A DNA stretch of 63,501 nucleotides, filler included, from Octopus bimaculoides (GCF_001194135.2; 5 parts of 5 records of this genome joined end to end with filler, not necessarily neighbours in it); one strand, 5' to 3'. Positions 38,421-50,839 are shown, counted from the first letter of the whole stretch. The notes: generated from the sequence alone by a model not told the origin. Numbers and translations: made by a program.

Positions 38421-39180
38421 TGTATGTGTGTGTGTGTGTATATATATATACACACACATACACACATACACACACATACATTTACACATGCACACATACA
38501 TATAAAACTTTAGAAAGCAAAAGTAAGTCTTCTACATAAATGTTATGTTGCTTCTTTATAAGATATTGTAAATTCCTGTGAGGTGTTTTTAGGATTTCTA
38601 AAAGATAGACATGAATAGTATAGTTTTCTCTTTTGGTGAACATTTGCCAAATTGTAACAAATTTTTGAAAACTAAAGTGGTTTAATAATTGTGATGTGTA
38701 ATGCTGGTTTTGAGGTGATGATAGTTGGATCAGACAAATTTGTATATTAGAAATGAGTCCCTGTTTTATCATCGGAACAAAAAGATTATGATATCAATAA
38801 TACTACAGTATCAATATAACAATTGTATGTGATTTATTTCTGTATTAATTGATAGTACCTAGTTTGGCAGTTGTTCTCATTTACATCCTGATGAATATAA
38901 ATATTGTATATTATGAAAAATTTCCTCCCAATGTAGTGAGTCTGGAAAAAATGGTTTGATTTATTTGCTAGCTAAGAGATATAGAGAAAATGTGAATTTG
39001 TAACCTCTTAACTCTGCAACAAAACCATCTTCTTTGCTTATTTTCCTACAAAGTTATTAATTAATCTGATAAAAGTCCAAATTTAGAATTGCTTGTCAGA
39101 TTAATTCATTCTCCTTATGTTCTGTTTTTCTGTATGTTCTTTAGTCTGATGTATTCTAATTTATATCTGTTTCCTTGCAG

Positions 39181-39304
39181 TGACCAAGCCGAAGCTCGCA
39201 GGACAAAGGTCAAAGAAGCACGTAAACGCCGTGAAGAGCGTATTGCTCAGAAGAAGGCAGATTTGATTAAGGCTTATCGTGAAGAAGATGCCTTGAAGAA
39301 ATAA
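39181..39304 (+). CDS. RPL19: 60S ribosomal protein L19 (eL19), terminal coding exon
   Basis: Polypyrimidine tract and acceptor ttccttgcag at 39171-39180. After one split-codon base the exon reads [40 protein letters not shown], closely matching the eL19 C-terminus ([20 protein letters not shown]). TAA at 39302-39304. Confidence 0.93.
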
Positions 39305-39328
39305 ATACATACAATGTAAAAAATTAAA
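39300..39328 (+). terminator. Candidate RPL19 polyadenylation signals
   Basis: AATAAA at 39300-39305 overlaps the stop codon; ATTAAA at ~39323-39328 is followed by a T-rich tract. Confidence 0.5.
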
Positions 39329-39389
39329 ACTCTTTGTTTCCAAACTGATTTTGTTTTTAACTCATCCGATTATAAGTAGGTACTATGGA

Positions 39390-40715
39390 ATGTTGACAGT
39401 TGGTCATATTTACTGGACTCCACTAGAAGGGAATATCATGGAATGGGACTGTTGTCCACATACAGCTGCTATCCCTTATCTAGTGGTTAATGTGGCAGCT
39501 TGGGATAGATGAATGGTTGATGAGAACTGTACAAGCCATGTACAGGGAAGCTGTTAGTAAGGTAAGGGTTGGCAACAAGTAAAGCTAATGAATTCAGTGT
39601 ATGAGTAGTTCCCCAGAGATTGTTCCTCAACCTCTCTTTGTTCATGATAGTCCACCAGACAATAACAGGAATTTAAGTTGGGTTGCCCCATGGGAGCTCC
39701 TCTATTCTGATGACCTTATAGTTAAATCACTACCAGCACTAGAGAAGAAATTTCAGGTGTGGAACCAAGGTCTGGAATGAAAGGTCCTTAGAGTTAATTT
39801 AGCAAAGACCAAAATCTTTGTAGAAAAAATTACAGATCCCATCAGGGAGATGGTACTGATCAATGTGTAGAAAAGGTGTAGGTAGAAACTCCATAGGGTG
39901 TACCTGATGCAAGCTATGGACAAGAGGTGCAGCAATATCAGATTATTGGAGAAAGTATTTGTGTGTTGGAGATGTATTGGTACAATAAACATTTGGAATG
40001 TACAGAAAATAGACTTCATCAAATGCCCAGATGAATACTTTATAGTAGTAGATAGCTTCTGTTATCTAGGTGGACAAGTCAACGGGAGGGGGATTCTCTG
40101 AGAGGGGCTGGGCAAAGTTTAGCGAGTTACCTTGGTAACAAAGGGCCTCTCCTTAAGAGTGAAAGGCTGATTGTATGAGGTCTGTATTAAATAGCCATAC
40201 TACACAGCAGTGAAACCTGGGCTGTGACTGCAGAGGATATGCAAAATCTTGAAGGAAATGAAGCGACTATGCTTCATTAGATGTGCATGTATGACAAGGT
40301 TAGCATCTTGAGATAAAAATTGGGCATAAGATGCATCAAATGTGGTGTGCAAGAGAGAAGACTGCACTGATAGTCCTATGGACAAGGACAGCTGTGTAAT
40401 GAAGTACTGATCTCTAACTGGAGAGAACCTGTGGAAGTAGTGTACCCAGGAAGAACACTGAGGCAATGACAAATGACTGAAACCTTTGGCAGTTTGTTGT
40501 GCTTGGAAAGAGCCACCAGGCCAAGTGAAACTAGTTGTGGACAGTGCCAGTGAGGCATGAAAGGCACCCATTACACTTTTGGGATGGTTGGCGTTAGGAT
40601 GAACGTCTAGCCTTAGAAACCAAGCCAAAATCAGACTGGAACTTGGTACAGCTCCATGGCTTACCAATTCCAGTCTAACCCATGCCAGCATGGAAAACGG
40701 ATGTTGATGATGACG
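39390..40715 (+). mobile_element. Decayed RTE LINE (RT to 3' UTR)
   Basis: PWELLYSDDL (YADD motif, ~39690-39718), EKKFQVW, LRVNLAKTK, VDSFCYLG, GWAKF, SETWAVTAEDM; the family D 3' end at 40510-40715 terminates in gatgatga. Confidence 0.85.
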
Positions 40716-41059
40716 ATTGTAGTTCTATATTGCATTGGGTGGTGATTGGTTTCTTTTCAGTTAATGTTCAATGGAAATGTATCCTTGATTCGTAGCTTTC
40801 CATTGGTTGCATGGTTGCCAGTCACATCCAGCCTCTTTTAGCGACTGTTTTTGTTTTCAGACAGATCCTTCCACGCATACTCTCAGGCTTCCATTTATTA
40901 CAGCTTTTGTCTCAGCTATAGTTGGAGTGTTACCACTGAAGAATTCGTTTTGGTTTTGAGTACAAATATCCACACTCAGATGGACTAGTTCTATTTGAAA
41001 GTTAAGTGTGTAGGCATTTGGATAATAATAACGAGCACTCAGAGAGTGCAAACCTCTGT

Positions 41060-41395
41060 CAAGACAGCACCAATGTTATCTCAACGATTAGCCAGAGATG
41101 ATTTTTAAAATGAGAATATCTGAAATAAACTGGGCTGCTCTCACAATCGAGAATACTAAAAGTTAACTGACCGCTCTCAAAAATTAAGTAAAAAGTCAGG
41201 AAAAATAATCCAGAATCCTTGTCCGGTACCAGATCAATCCCAAAATCTAATAAGTTCGTGCCAGTCACGAGACCAAGCCTCCCTGAAAGCTTTATCCGAA
41301 TCCATCCAGCGGTTTTTGAGATATCTTGTCCATGGACAAACAAACAAGCACGAATAAAAACAATACCTCCGCCTTCGCTAAGGCAGTGATGATAA
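41060..41395 (+). mobile_element. Helentron/HINE-like non-autonomous rolling-circle element
   Basis: Ends with gagatatcttgtccatggacaaacaaacaa ... aaaacaatacctccgccttcgctaaggcag: a short microsatellite followed by a 3' hairpin (gcctt/aaggc), the architecture of DINE-1/HINE-type elements. Confidence 0.5.
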
Positions 41396-42134
41396 TAAAA
41401 AAAGAAAGTTCTACTGTTGAAGGAAGGTCTGATTGTCTACTTCCTTTTTGAGTACAATCGGACAACTTCTCTCATCAGTTAAAAATGCATTGTGGATATT
41501 CCAGTACTTTTGAGGTAAACCAACATTGCATCTTTTTAGGATAGATAAAATTCCAGAACTGGTCTAGTAGAGTTATTGTACCAGACGTGTCTGGTGATAT
41601 TTGTTCTGGTTGTTTGCATTGTTTAAAATTTCCAATAATGTTTCTGATTTCAAGTACCACCAAAATCAACTTAGTAATTCATTTTTTGAGTTGATTTAAT
41701 TTCTTATATGCTAATTTCAAAATGTTTTAAAATAATATGATTTGAATTTAGCTGTGTGCAATAGTTAGGTTTCAGAAGAAAATTTCAAAATTTTACAATA
41801 TTCACACTTTAGTTCATCTCAGTCACCTATTACATAACAAAATGTTAAATATATTTAAGCATAAATCTAATGAAGTTTAATTAAAGCAAGAAAGGTAATT
41901 CGGAACGAAGTTATCTCCCCTGGTGAGATAACTTTCCATTTCTTCACTCTTGTCGATAAACGTTATTGGTTGTGTGGAGAATACATTCTTTAAAAGAGTC
42001 TTTGAGATCGGTGTTTAGAAATATGAATCACTAAGAAACTCAGAAAACTAATGTCGCAGGAGTTCATAATAGTTGTCCCTCTGCATTCAAATAGTTGTGG
42101 GAGGATTTTCGTTATATATATATATTTGACTCTA

Positions 42135-42400
42135 CGTTGTCCCACTGTGGAACCCTGGGCAAGTGTCTTCTATATCCTCGTTGCAACCAAAATAAGTTAA
42201 TTTTGAGGACAGAAACTGAAAGAAGTCCGTCGTGTCTGTGTTTGTACATCATACCTTGGCAACTGGTGCTGGTGTGTTTGTGTCCCCATAACGTAGCAGT
42301 TCAGCGAAATAGACCAATAAAATAAGTACTGGGACCAATTTGTTCGACTAAAATTTTTGAAGGTGGTACTTTAGCATGGCCGCAGTTTAATGACTAAAAC
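42135..42400 (+). mobile_element. SINE family B, diverged, with 3' tail
   Basis: cccactgtggaaccctgggcaagtgtcttc ... aataagtactggga ... aggtggtactttagcatggccgcagtttaatgactaaaac. Confidence 0.75.
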
Positions 42401-42433
42401 AAATGTGTGTGTATGTATGCATATTGTTATTGT

Positions 42434-42787
42434 TGGCAGTCCGTCGCTTACGACGTCGAAGGTTCCAGTTGATCCGATCAACGGAACACCCTGCTCGTGA
42501 AATTAACATGCAAGTGGCTGAGCACTCCACAGACACGTGTACCCATAACGTAGTTCTCGAGGATATTCAGCGTGACACAGTGTGACAAGGCTGACCCTTT
42601 GAATTACAGGTACAACAAAAACAGGAAGTAAGAGAAAGTTGTGGTGAAAGAGTACAGCAGGGTTTGCCACCATCCCCTGCCAGAGGCTCATGGAGCTTTT
42701 AGTTTTCACTCAATAAACACTCACAACGCCCGGTCTGGGAATCGAAACCGCGAGTTCGCTGCCCTAACCACTGGGTCATTGCGTCTC
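42434..42787 (-). mobile_element. SINE family A
   Basis: Reverse complement of the family A sequence. Confidence 0.9.
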
Positions 42788-43167
42788 TACTCTCATGTAC
42801 GCAAATATGAAGACAACATCGATTGCACAAATATCTGCCAATGACAAGTGTTTGCTGAAGATTATCAGCAATTAGGTAAAAAGTGAAGAATAACTTTTAA
42901 AACCCATTTTCCACTGAGATTGAACTAGTTTTGATTAAACTATATTCAAGTTAGCAGAATGCTTCGTGGTATCCCATCTGGCTCTGAACTCATAAGAAGG
43001 AAAGTTTACTGAAGTCTCTTCCCTTGAAATTAGAATTGGTTACTCTGGTAATGATTTTTAATTCCAAATTTCTGTTAGTTTGAAATTAATTATCTCTTCA
43101 TTAAGTATATTAACATCTACTTTACCATATATTTATATACAGGTGTCCCTAAATGTTCTACTACCTA

Positions 43168-43292
43168 GGTGCAGGTGTGGGTGTGTGGAAAGGAGTTTGC
43201 TTTCCAACCACATGGTTCCGGCTTCAGCTCTATAGCCCCAGGCCTGCCAAAGTCATTCGACTGGATTTAGTAGACGGAAACTGAAAGAAGCT
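43168..43292 (+). mobile_element. SINE family B, internally deleted 5' part
   Basis: aggtgcaggtgtgggtgtgtgg ... ccaaccacatggttccgg ... tagacggaaactgaaagaag. Confidence 0.7.
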
Positions 43293-43437
43293 CTTCATAT
43301 ATCTATATATATTCCTGTCACTTTGATTGTAGCCAGAGAATTGCTTGCGATGGATAGAGAAAATGTAGGCGAAGGGAGGGTCAATATACGAAGTATTGGT
43401 ACCACTAAGAACAACACAATAATAACGGTAGCAACAA

Positions 43438-43486
<49 letters not shown>

Positions 43487-44389
43487 TGTGTGTGTATGTG
43501 TGACAGCGGGTGTTGATATGTTTACGTCCCCATAAACTNNNNNNNNNNNNNNNNNNNNNNNNNNNNNNNNNNNNNNNNNNNNNNNNNNNNNNNNNNNNNN
43601 NNNNNNNNNNNNNNNNNNNNNNNNNNNNNNNNNNNNNNNNNNNNNNNNNNNNNNNNNNNNNNNNNNNNNNNNNNNNNNNNNNNNNNNNNNNNNNNNNNNN
43701 NNNNNNNNNNNNNNNNNNNNNNNNNNNNNNNNNNNNNNNNNNNNNNNGGTCTATACCTGGCATCGGTAACCTTTTACAAGTAGTGAGTTACAATACTGAA
43801 AAAAATTCAAGGTAATTTTTTTTACTTTGAAGGTATCCTATGGATAAAAGTTGATTGTCTTTGGACAAAATATTTTTGTCTATAATTATAAAAATTGAAG
43901 TTTTTTTTGAAAAAAAACAACTATTATCACTGGTGGCAATGTGATTAACACCTGTTACTACCTGTATAATTAAAACGAATAAAATAAATACCTGAAAAAT
44001 CAGTATGATACAGATATGTATTGAAAAAATTGAATATTTTCATAATTTATGTATCAAAATTTTCCTAAATCTTGAAAAATCTCACCATTAAATCATTGGC
44101 CACATATAAAAATATGTATAAAAAGTAGTAAGGTTTTTGTCTGATTCATTTGACGATAGTCAAATTTTTTTTTAACATTAAATATTCTCTCGAAAGAGAG
44201 AAAAAGAAAATTATGATGTTTTTCGTTTCTAAAGCAAAAGATATTTACATGTATGATCTTCCTTAGTGAAAATTGCCACTGGTTTAAAATACTGAAAACG
44301 TTACCATCAACGAAAAGTTAAAATGTGCAAGAAGCATCTTGGTGTTATCTATGCAGTTTAATGTTTTAAAGCTATTACGCTGTAGGTAG

Positions 44390-45965
44390 TAAAAAAATTA
44401 ATAAAGGGAGGCGACTCCGAAAATATTGACAAACTAAAGAGACTTTTTGACAAGTTGATTGGAGCATAACGTCGGAAATGCTGTGAAAAAGAAAAAGCAA
44501 CATAATTGAGGAAAATAGTGTCACTAATCTATGTGCGTTGATTAAGACACTACCTAATAAAATCCACAAGAAACATTTACTATCCATTTGTTATTGACGT
44601 ATAATACTCTCAAAACCTAAATTTTGAGAAGCCTTTGGTTTGTACTTTTTGTTGACATCTTTTCCAAATATTTGCGATGTTGCAATTCAGAAATTATCTT
44701 TAAGATGAATACCTTTGAATCTTGACCTAGTTTTCGACATTATTATTTTCACTCTAGAAAAATGTTCGCGTTTATACGTACAACCAAACTTGGGTCTTTT
44801 AATGTTTTGGGTCTTCTAGTGTAGTTTTCATGAAGTGTTCCAGAATACTTCAATAAACAGTCGTCTTAAAATATTTTGCCGAAGAAATTCATCGCTCTTA
44901 AACTCATTAATTTTCATTTGTAGTACCTTTTGTGCTAATTTTTCAACATAGCATTAAATGAATTTCCAAAAAGGTTAAAATTAGTTTCATTTGTTTTAAA
45001 GTTCAGTTCTATTTTCAACTTATTTAACACCACAGCAAAATCCCCAAGAGTGGCTAGTGTGGGGAAATGGAAAGGCTCACCAGAACTTTGTTTCAAAAAC
45101 TTTGACATGAAAATCAAAGTCAATTTCCGTTTTCGATTTTAAATTGAGGTCATTTAAATGTGAGTAGAGATGACTACTAGAAATCCAAAGTCCTAAATGC
45201 AGTTATCCTTCAACTCGGGGAAAAAACTTACCCTTCATTTCTCCGTCTCAAAATTTCTAAGAACTCTTTAAACTGATGATAATTAAGTGCTCTGTATTCT
45301 ATATAATTTATAGTCGAAACAACTACATGCATAACATCCTCAAACTTTATAAACTTTGTCATAAATTTTCTTGATGAATTATGCAGTAAATCGTTAGCAA
45401 GTTAGCATTTGCTAAATTGCATGAAGTTACTTCATCTTTGAATTTGCAAAGAAAACCTATCTTAGGCCCAATCATTGCTGGGACCCGTCTGTTGCTACAC
45501 TGACAAACATTTCAAGTAGGAGATTCAACTTCGTTGTTGTTTGCTTCATTTCATAAATGTCATATCTTGTAACAATTTCTTTCATTACTTGAATAGTAAG
45601 TAACTTTTTCCTGTGAAGTTAAATAATTTATCAATCCCATACAAAAATTGTCAGTTGAGCTGAATCGGATATATTTGTGCTTTCGTCGATAACCAGTGGA
45701 AGGAAAAAAAATCAAATTCTTTCTCTCGCTTTTTTTTTATGATGACAGCATACTCTCAATGTCAGCTGCAGCTTCTTCAAGCCGTCTCGTTATTGTTCTT
45801 CGAGACAAGGTAATCTTACAAACATATTAAACTTTCCTGAGTATAAGAGTGTAGCCACTGCAAGAAGATATTTTTTGTTACAAATTAACTGCTGGTATAA
45901 TTTGTTGAATGTCTAGCTCATAACATAGCTTACATGTTCAATTTCTTCAAGAGCTGCCAGAAAAG
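44390..45965 (-). pseudogene. Decayed hAT transposase (SPIN/Buster/GTF2IRD2-like)
   Basis: Minus-strand remnants in the expected order: LSRRTITRRLEEAAADIE, VIDESTNISDSAQL (catalytic D), DGSQ/PAMIG, HVVVSTINY, DFGFLVV/HLNDLNLK, FHFPTL, and C-terminal TCQKVS...FRSRL (hATC-like). Many stops and frameshifts. Confidence 0.8.
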
Positions 45966-46059
45966 AGAACATTTAGGTTTCATTTTGTTTTGTTTTCTAA
46001 ATATTTGTACAAAACCAAAAACTTTCAGGCAGTACGTTCCAAGAATCTAAACGACTCAA

Positions 46060-48115
46060 CTGTTTCACCAGTATCCACCCCACTGTCTAGTATTCTTTCC
46101 AATGTTTGATTAGTTTACACCATAATGTTTGGCTAGTATTTATCCAAAAGATTTATTTGTATTCACCCCAATTATTTATTAGAATCCACCACATTGCATG
46201 TTAAATTTCCAACAAACTTTTACGTTTATTAACATCAATATTTGACTAGTATCCATTCCAAAGTTTGTTTCTACTTCAATGATTGAGAAGAATCCAACTC
46301 AAAGTTTCTCTGGTAATGTTGGCCACCGCAATGTTTGATTTGAGTCCCTCCAATGCCTGACGAATATTCATCCTAGTATTTAACTAGTATCCAAACCAAC
46401 GTTTACCTGGTATCAACCCCAAAGTTTAATTGTTATCCACCTAATGTTGCCTTGTTTCCATTCCAATATTTCTCTAGTAGCCGCTCTAATGAATACCGAG
46501 AATTCACCCCGATATTTGTGTTGTATCCTCTCGAATATATGACACACCAACGAATGTTTAGTATCCCAATGCTTGACTTTATCTATCCAAATGTTTGATG
46601 TGTAACCACCTAAATGTTTAACTAGATCCACCCCAATGTTAATCTATTACTCACTCCAAAGTTCGTCGAGTATCCATAACAATGTTTAACGAGGACTCTC
46701 TTCAATGTTTGTCTCGTATTCTCCCCAGTATTTGACTTGTATCCTCTTTCGTGTTTGAGTAGTATACTTCCAATCTTAGAATCGCATCCACGCCAATGTT
46801 TGTCTGTCTGACTAATATCAACTCAAACTTAATCTAGTAGCCATCCCAATGTCTGAGTAGTATCTACCTCATCATTTGACGAGTATCCACTCCAGTGTTA
46901 GCTTTGTATCCGTGAAGGGGCGTAGGTATTTAGCCCAATTTTAGTGTGGTATCTACCTTAAAGCTTGGCTAGTATCAATCCCAACGTTTGAATAGTATAC
47001 ACCTAATATCTGTCATGTTTCCACCCCAATGCTTGTCTAGTATCTATATCAATGTTCGTTTAATATCTGCCCCAATGTTTCACGAGTAATCACCATAAAT
47101 TTAGTCTAACATCCATCCTAATATTTGACTAGTCACCATCTAATATTTGGTTAGTGTTCACCCCAATGTTTGTCTAGTATACTCCCCTAAGTTTCATCAG
47201 TATCAATTCCAATATCGAGCAATTACCACCCCTATTTTTTCTGTCTAGTATATTTGACTAGTATCCACTCCAATATTTGACTAGTATCCACTCCAATATT
47301 TGAGTAGTCTCTACAATGTTGAGTTTGTATCCAAATCTATTTTTAACTAATATCTACCTCGAATTATGACTTGTATCTGATCCATAGTTCGTCTAGAATT
47401 CACCCAATGTTTGACTAGTATCAACCCCGATTTTTGATAATTATCCCGCACTATGTGTGTCTAATCTTCACCCCTATATTTGTCTAGCATTCATTCTAAT
47501 GTTTAATTTGTAACCACCCCAATTTTTGCCAAGTTTGTCCTTTAGTGTTGAACTAGTATGAACACTAGTGTTCGACAAATAGCCACATAAAAATACTTTC
47601 AAGTACCTACCCCAAATTTTGTCTAGTGTCCTCCCCTATGTTTAACTAGATTCAACTACAATTTTTCGCCAGTAACCGTCGCAATGTTTGCTTCGTATCC
47701 AACTCAATATTTGATGAATATTTCCCAATGTTTGGCCAATATTTGATCCTACAAATATCTGTGTAGTATATCTTGTTTTGTATCGACCCCAGTGTTTCTA
47801 GTATCTATTCCAATGTTTAACTAGTATCAATCCCAATATATGACTCGCGTTCATTCCAATATTTGATCAGTATTCACCCCAATATTTGTCTGGTAACCAG
47901 TTCAATATTTGATTAGTATCCAACCCAAACTTAGTCTGCTGTCCATCCAAGTGAATGAATAGTATCCACCCCAATATTCGTTTAATATTTACGCTAATGT
48001 ATGATAATGTATACCCCGATATTTGACTAGTATCCACTCCCACGTTCGATTTGTATATACCACAGTATCTTCCCAATGTTTTACGAGTATCTACCCCATT
48101 GCTTGCTGCGATCCT
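46060..48115. repeat. Diverged 23-bp minisatellite, ~2 kb
   Basis: Unit about caatatttgactagtatccactc (near-exact adjacent copies at ~47250-47310); elsewhere the units are heavily mutated. Confidence 0.85.
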
Positions 48116-48189
48116 GATATGTTAAATGGTAAAGTTAACCACTATAGGATTTAACTTCTGAACTTCATGGCATTTAGTGCAGCGGAGAT

Positions 48190-48765
48190 AATTAAAACAT
48201 TTAAAATTAATTAGCATTATACATTTGTACTTAGCTATCTCAACTGTGGTCACCCTACAATGTGAAATGAATAGCATAACTTGAGACAGTTCAAGCTACT
48301 GGGAAAGAGCTACAACACTAACACCTGGAGCGAAGACAGGCGAGCTATAAAGTGATATACGTATGGAAGATCCTGGAGGGACTGGCACCAAAATCTGGTA
48401 TCGAGAGCTTCCGAACTGGACGTCACTGCACTGTTCTAAAAGTCGCAGCTATCCTGTCTAGACTGAGAACCATGTACTAAAAAAGCTTGGGATTCAAGGG
48501 CCCACAGGTATTTAACGCTTTGCCAAAACATCTGAGGGATCTTCATGGAGTAGTGGGTAGATATTTTCAAGAAACAACTTGATCTCCTGCTGTCCAAGGT
48601 CCCAGATGAACCTATATCACGGCAAGAAATTCAAAAGAGGGCAGCAGTGTCGAACTTACTCCTTCATCAAAATCCTATCATATAAGATTGATCATTGAAA
48701 AAGTGATTACGCTGGCGGTGCTCCCGCATGGCCACAGCCTTTGGGCTGAAACTTATAAGAACAGA
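48190..48765 (+). mobile_element. CR1-type LINE 3' fragment
   Basis: SQLWSPYNVK, YWE, LERR..RYKVIYVWKILEGL, GFKGPQVFNALPKHLRDL, DIFKKQLDLLLSKVPDEP; tail ggcggtgctcccgcatggccacagcc..gctgaaac. Confidence 0.85.
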
Positions 48766-48893
48766 AAAGAATTATAATTGTACATACATGAAAATAAAAA
48801 CAAGTTGAGAAATATTTCTAGTTTAGTATGTACTTTGATAAATACGTGACAATTCCAGACACAAACATTGTCGAGACTAACACATACATACAC

Positions 48894-48934
<41 letters not shown>

Positions 48935-49573
48935 TGTGTATGCGAGTATGTGTATGTGGGTGTGTACCTATCACCTTTACCACTACTACTATGATGACAA
49001 CCGCCGTCATCAACATCACCACCACCACTTTACTATCATCATGAGCCAGTGATCGATCCTGAACTGGATCGCGCAACATACAAAAAACAACAAAACAACC
49101 TATTATATTAACGACAGGACTCATTTAATAATGCATTCATATGTTAAAATAAAATGAGATAGTCACCACTGGAATTTTTTGCTTATAGGTCTGTTGGATC
49201 AAGGCTGATTCGACAGTGCTAACTTATGGCTAATACACAACAAAATTATTAGCTGTTTGTTGAGATATTTGGTGATATTCACTCTGTTGTAAATGTTATA
49301 AGGTCTCAGTTCCTTCTCGGCCCATAGTTTTCCCGCAGATGTTCAAAGGAGACATCAACCACATGAATACCAGACAAATTGAGAAGCTTAGTTTACATAT
49401 TTATTTAATTAATTAACGAATTGAATGGGATGGAGTGGGGTCTAAATGTCAATACCAATAAATGTTGCTTCTGTTCGTACATAGAACAGGATCGAACGAG
49501 TTATTTTAGCTATTTGTAAAGCGAAAAAGATCGATACATACATATGTACATACATACACACATATATACATAC

Positions 49574-49611
<38 letters not shown>

Positions 49612-49727
49612 NNNNNNNNNNNNNNNNNNNNNNNNNNNNNNNNNNNNNNNNNNNNNNNNNNNNNNNNNNNNNNNNNNNNNNNNNNNNNNNNNNNNNNNNN
49701 NNNNNNNNNNNNNNNNNNNNNNNNNNN

Positions 49728-49761
<34 letters not shown>

Positions 49762-50341
49762 CTTTGATTGATATGAAACAAACTTAATCGAAGGCGAAAT
49801 CTTTTGGCTTTAGCCGAGTTCATTATAGTTAAAATGTCAAGAACAGTAGCAATAAGAGTAACTACTACTACTACTTTTTCTTATAGATTCTATTTGTCCA
49901 TCTGTTTAACTGAACGATGTTTGGGTGCTCAGAGCGGAAGTGCAACTACTTTTACTCGACGCTATCTTACAGATTTGTACCAGAAGTCAAGGACGAATAA
50001 GCGGGTAGGCAAAAAGTTAGACTGCTACTGTTCTCGCACCAAATCACTGACCAATAATTGATTGTTGCTTATAATATTGCGTACCGTGTGGTGGCACATT
50101 TGAGCACATGGTTCAGTGGTTAAGAAGTAGGTTCATAACGACGATGTTCAACAGACGGTGTCATGCTTGTGTCCGTTTACCGTTTATGTTTAACGTGAAA
50201 TATCAAACTGTCATGCAATAAATTTGTAGTTTAGTTGAGCGAAGAAAGGTAACACTTGAATGTTGAAACTCTCTCTCTCTCTCATGCACACACACGTACG
50301 CGTCCTTATATGTATGTACGTGTAAATAATAATATATATGC

Positions 50342-50640
50342 GGGATCTTTTTGGTTTGACGGGCAACATTTTTCATTTATGTTTTATGTAGTGTTTTTGG
50401 TACCGAAACACTTTCAAACTTCGTATACTTGTATATTTTGGGATCTATTTTAAAACGGGGGCCACATTTTTCATTAATGTTTTACGTAGTGTTTTTGGTA
50501 CGGAAAGACTTTCAAACTTCGTATACTTATCTATTTTGTGTTATAGAACAGAAAAATATTTTTGTATTCGAATTTATTTCATGTAAAAAATTGTCTTATT
50601 TCGATAATTTCAACCAATCACTGACAAGTATTCAGTTGTT
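50342..50640. repeat. Unclassified repeat with an internal 98-bp tandem duplication
   Basis: gggatct at 50342 and 50440; acatttttcatt..gtagtgtttttggtac..actttcaaacttcgtatactt at 50366 and 50464. Confidence 0.75.
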
Positions 50641-50708
50641 TATATTTACTCCTTTGGCTGATTAAGCGATGTAAAGCGTATTTAATCTCCATACCTTCGT
50701 TTTATTTG

Positions 50709-50808
50709 NNNNNNNNNNNNNNNNNNNNNNNNNNNNNNNNNNNNNNNNNNNNTTAATTAATTAANNNNNNNNNNNNNNNNNNNNNNNNNNNNNNNNNNNN
50801 NNNNNNNN
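50709..50808. other. Artificial scaffold spacer
   Basis: 44 N + TTAATTAATTAA (50753-50764) + 44 N. Confidence 0.95.

Positions 50809-50839
<31 letters not shown>

Noticed and set aside
38715-38891. Possible C/D snoRNA in the RPL19 intron (GTGATGA ... CTGA)
   Set aside because: Boxes are ~175 nt apart with no terminal stem or recognisable guide; expected by chance in AT-rich DNA.
38888-38920. CTGATGA...GAAA on the plus strand
   Set aside because: No G-C closing pair and no helix I or III; chance match.
46060-48115. CRISPR-like array or repetitive protein
   Set aside because: Eukaryotic context, contiguous degenerate units without unique spacers, no cas genes, and a 23-bp unit that breaks frame.
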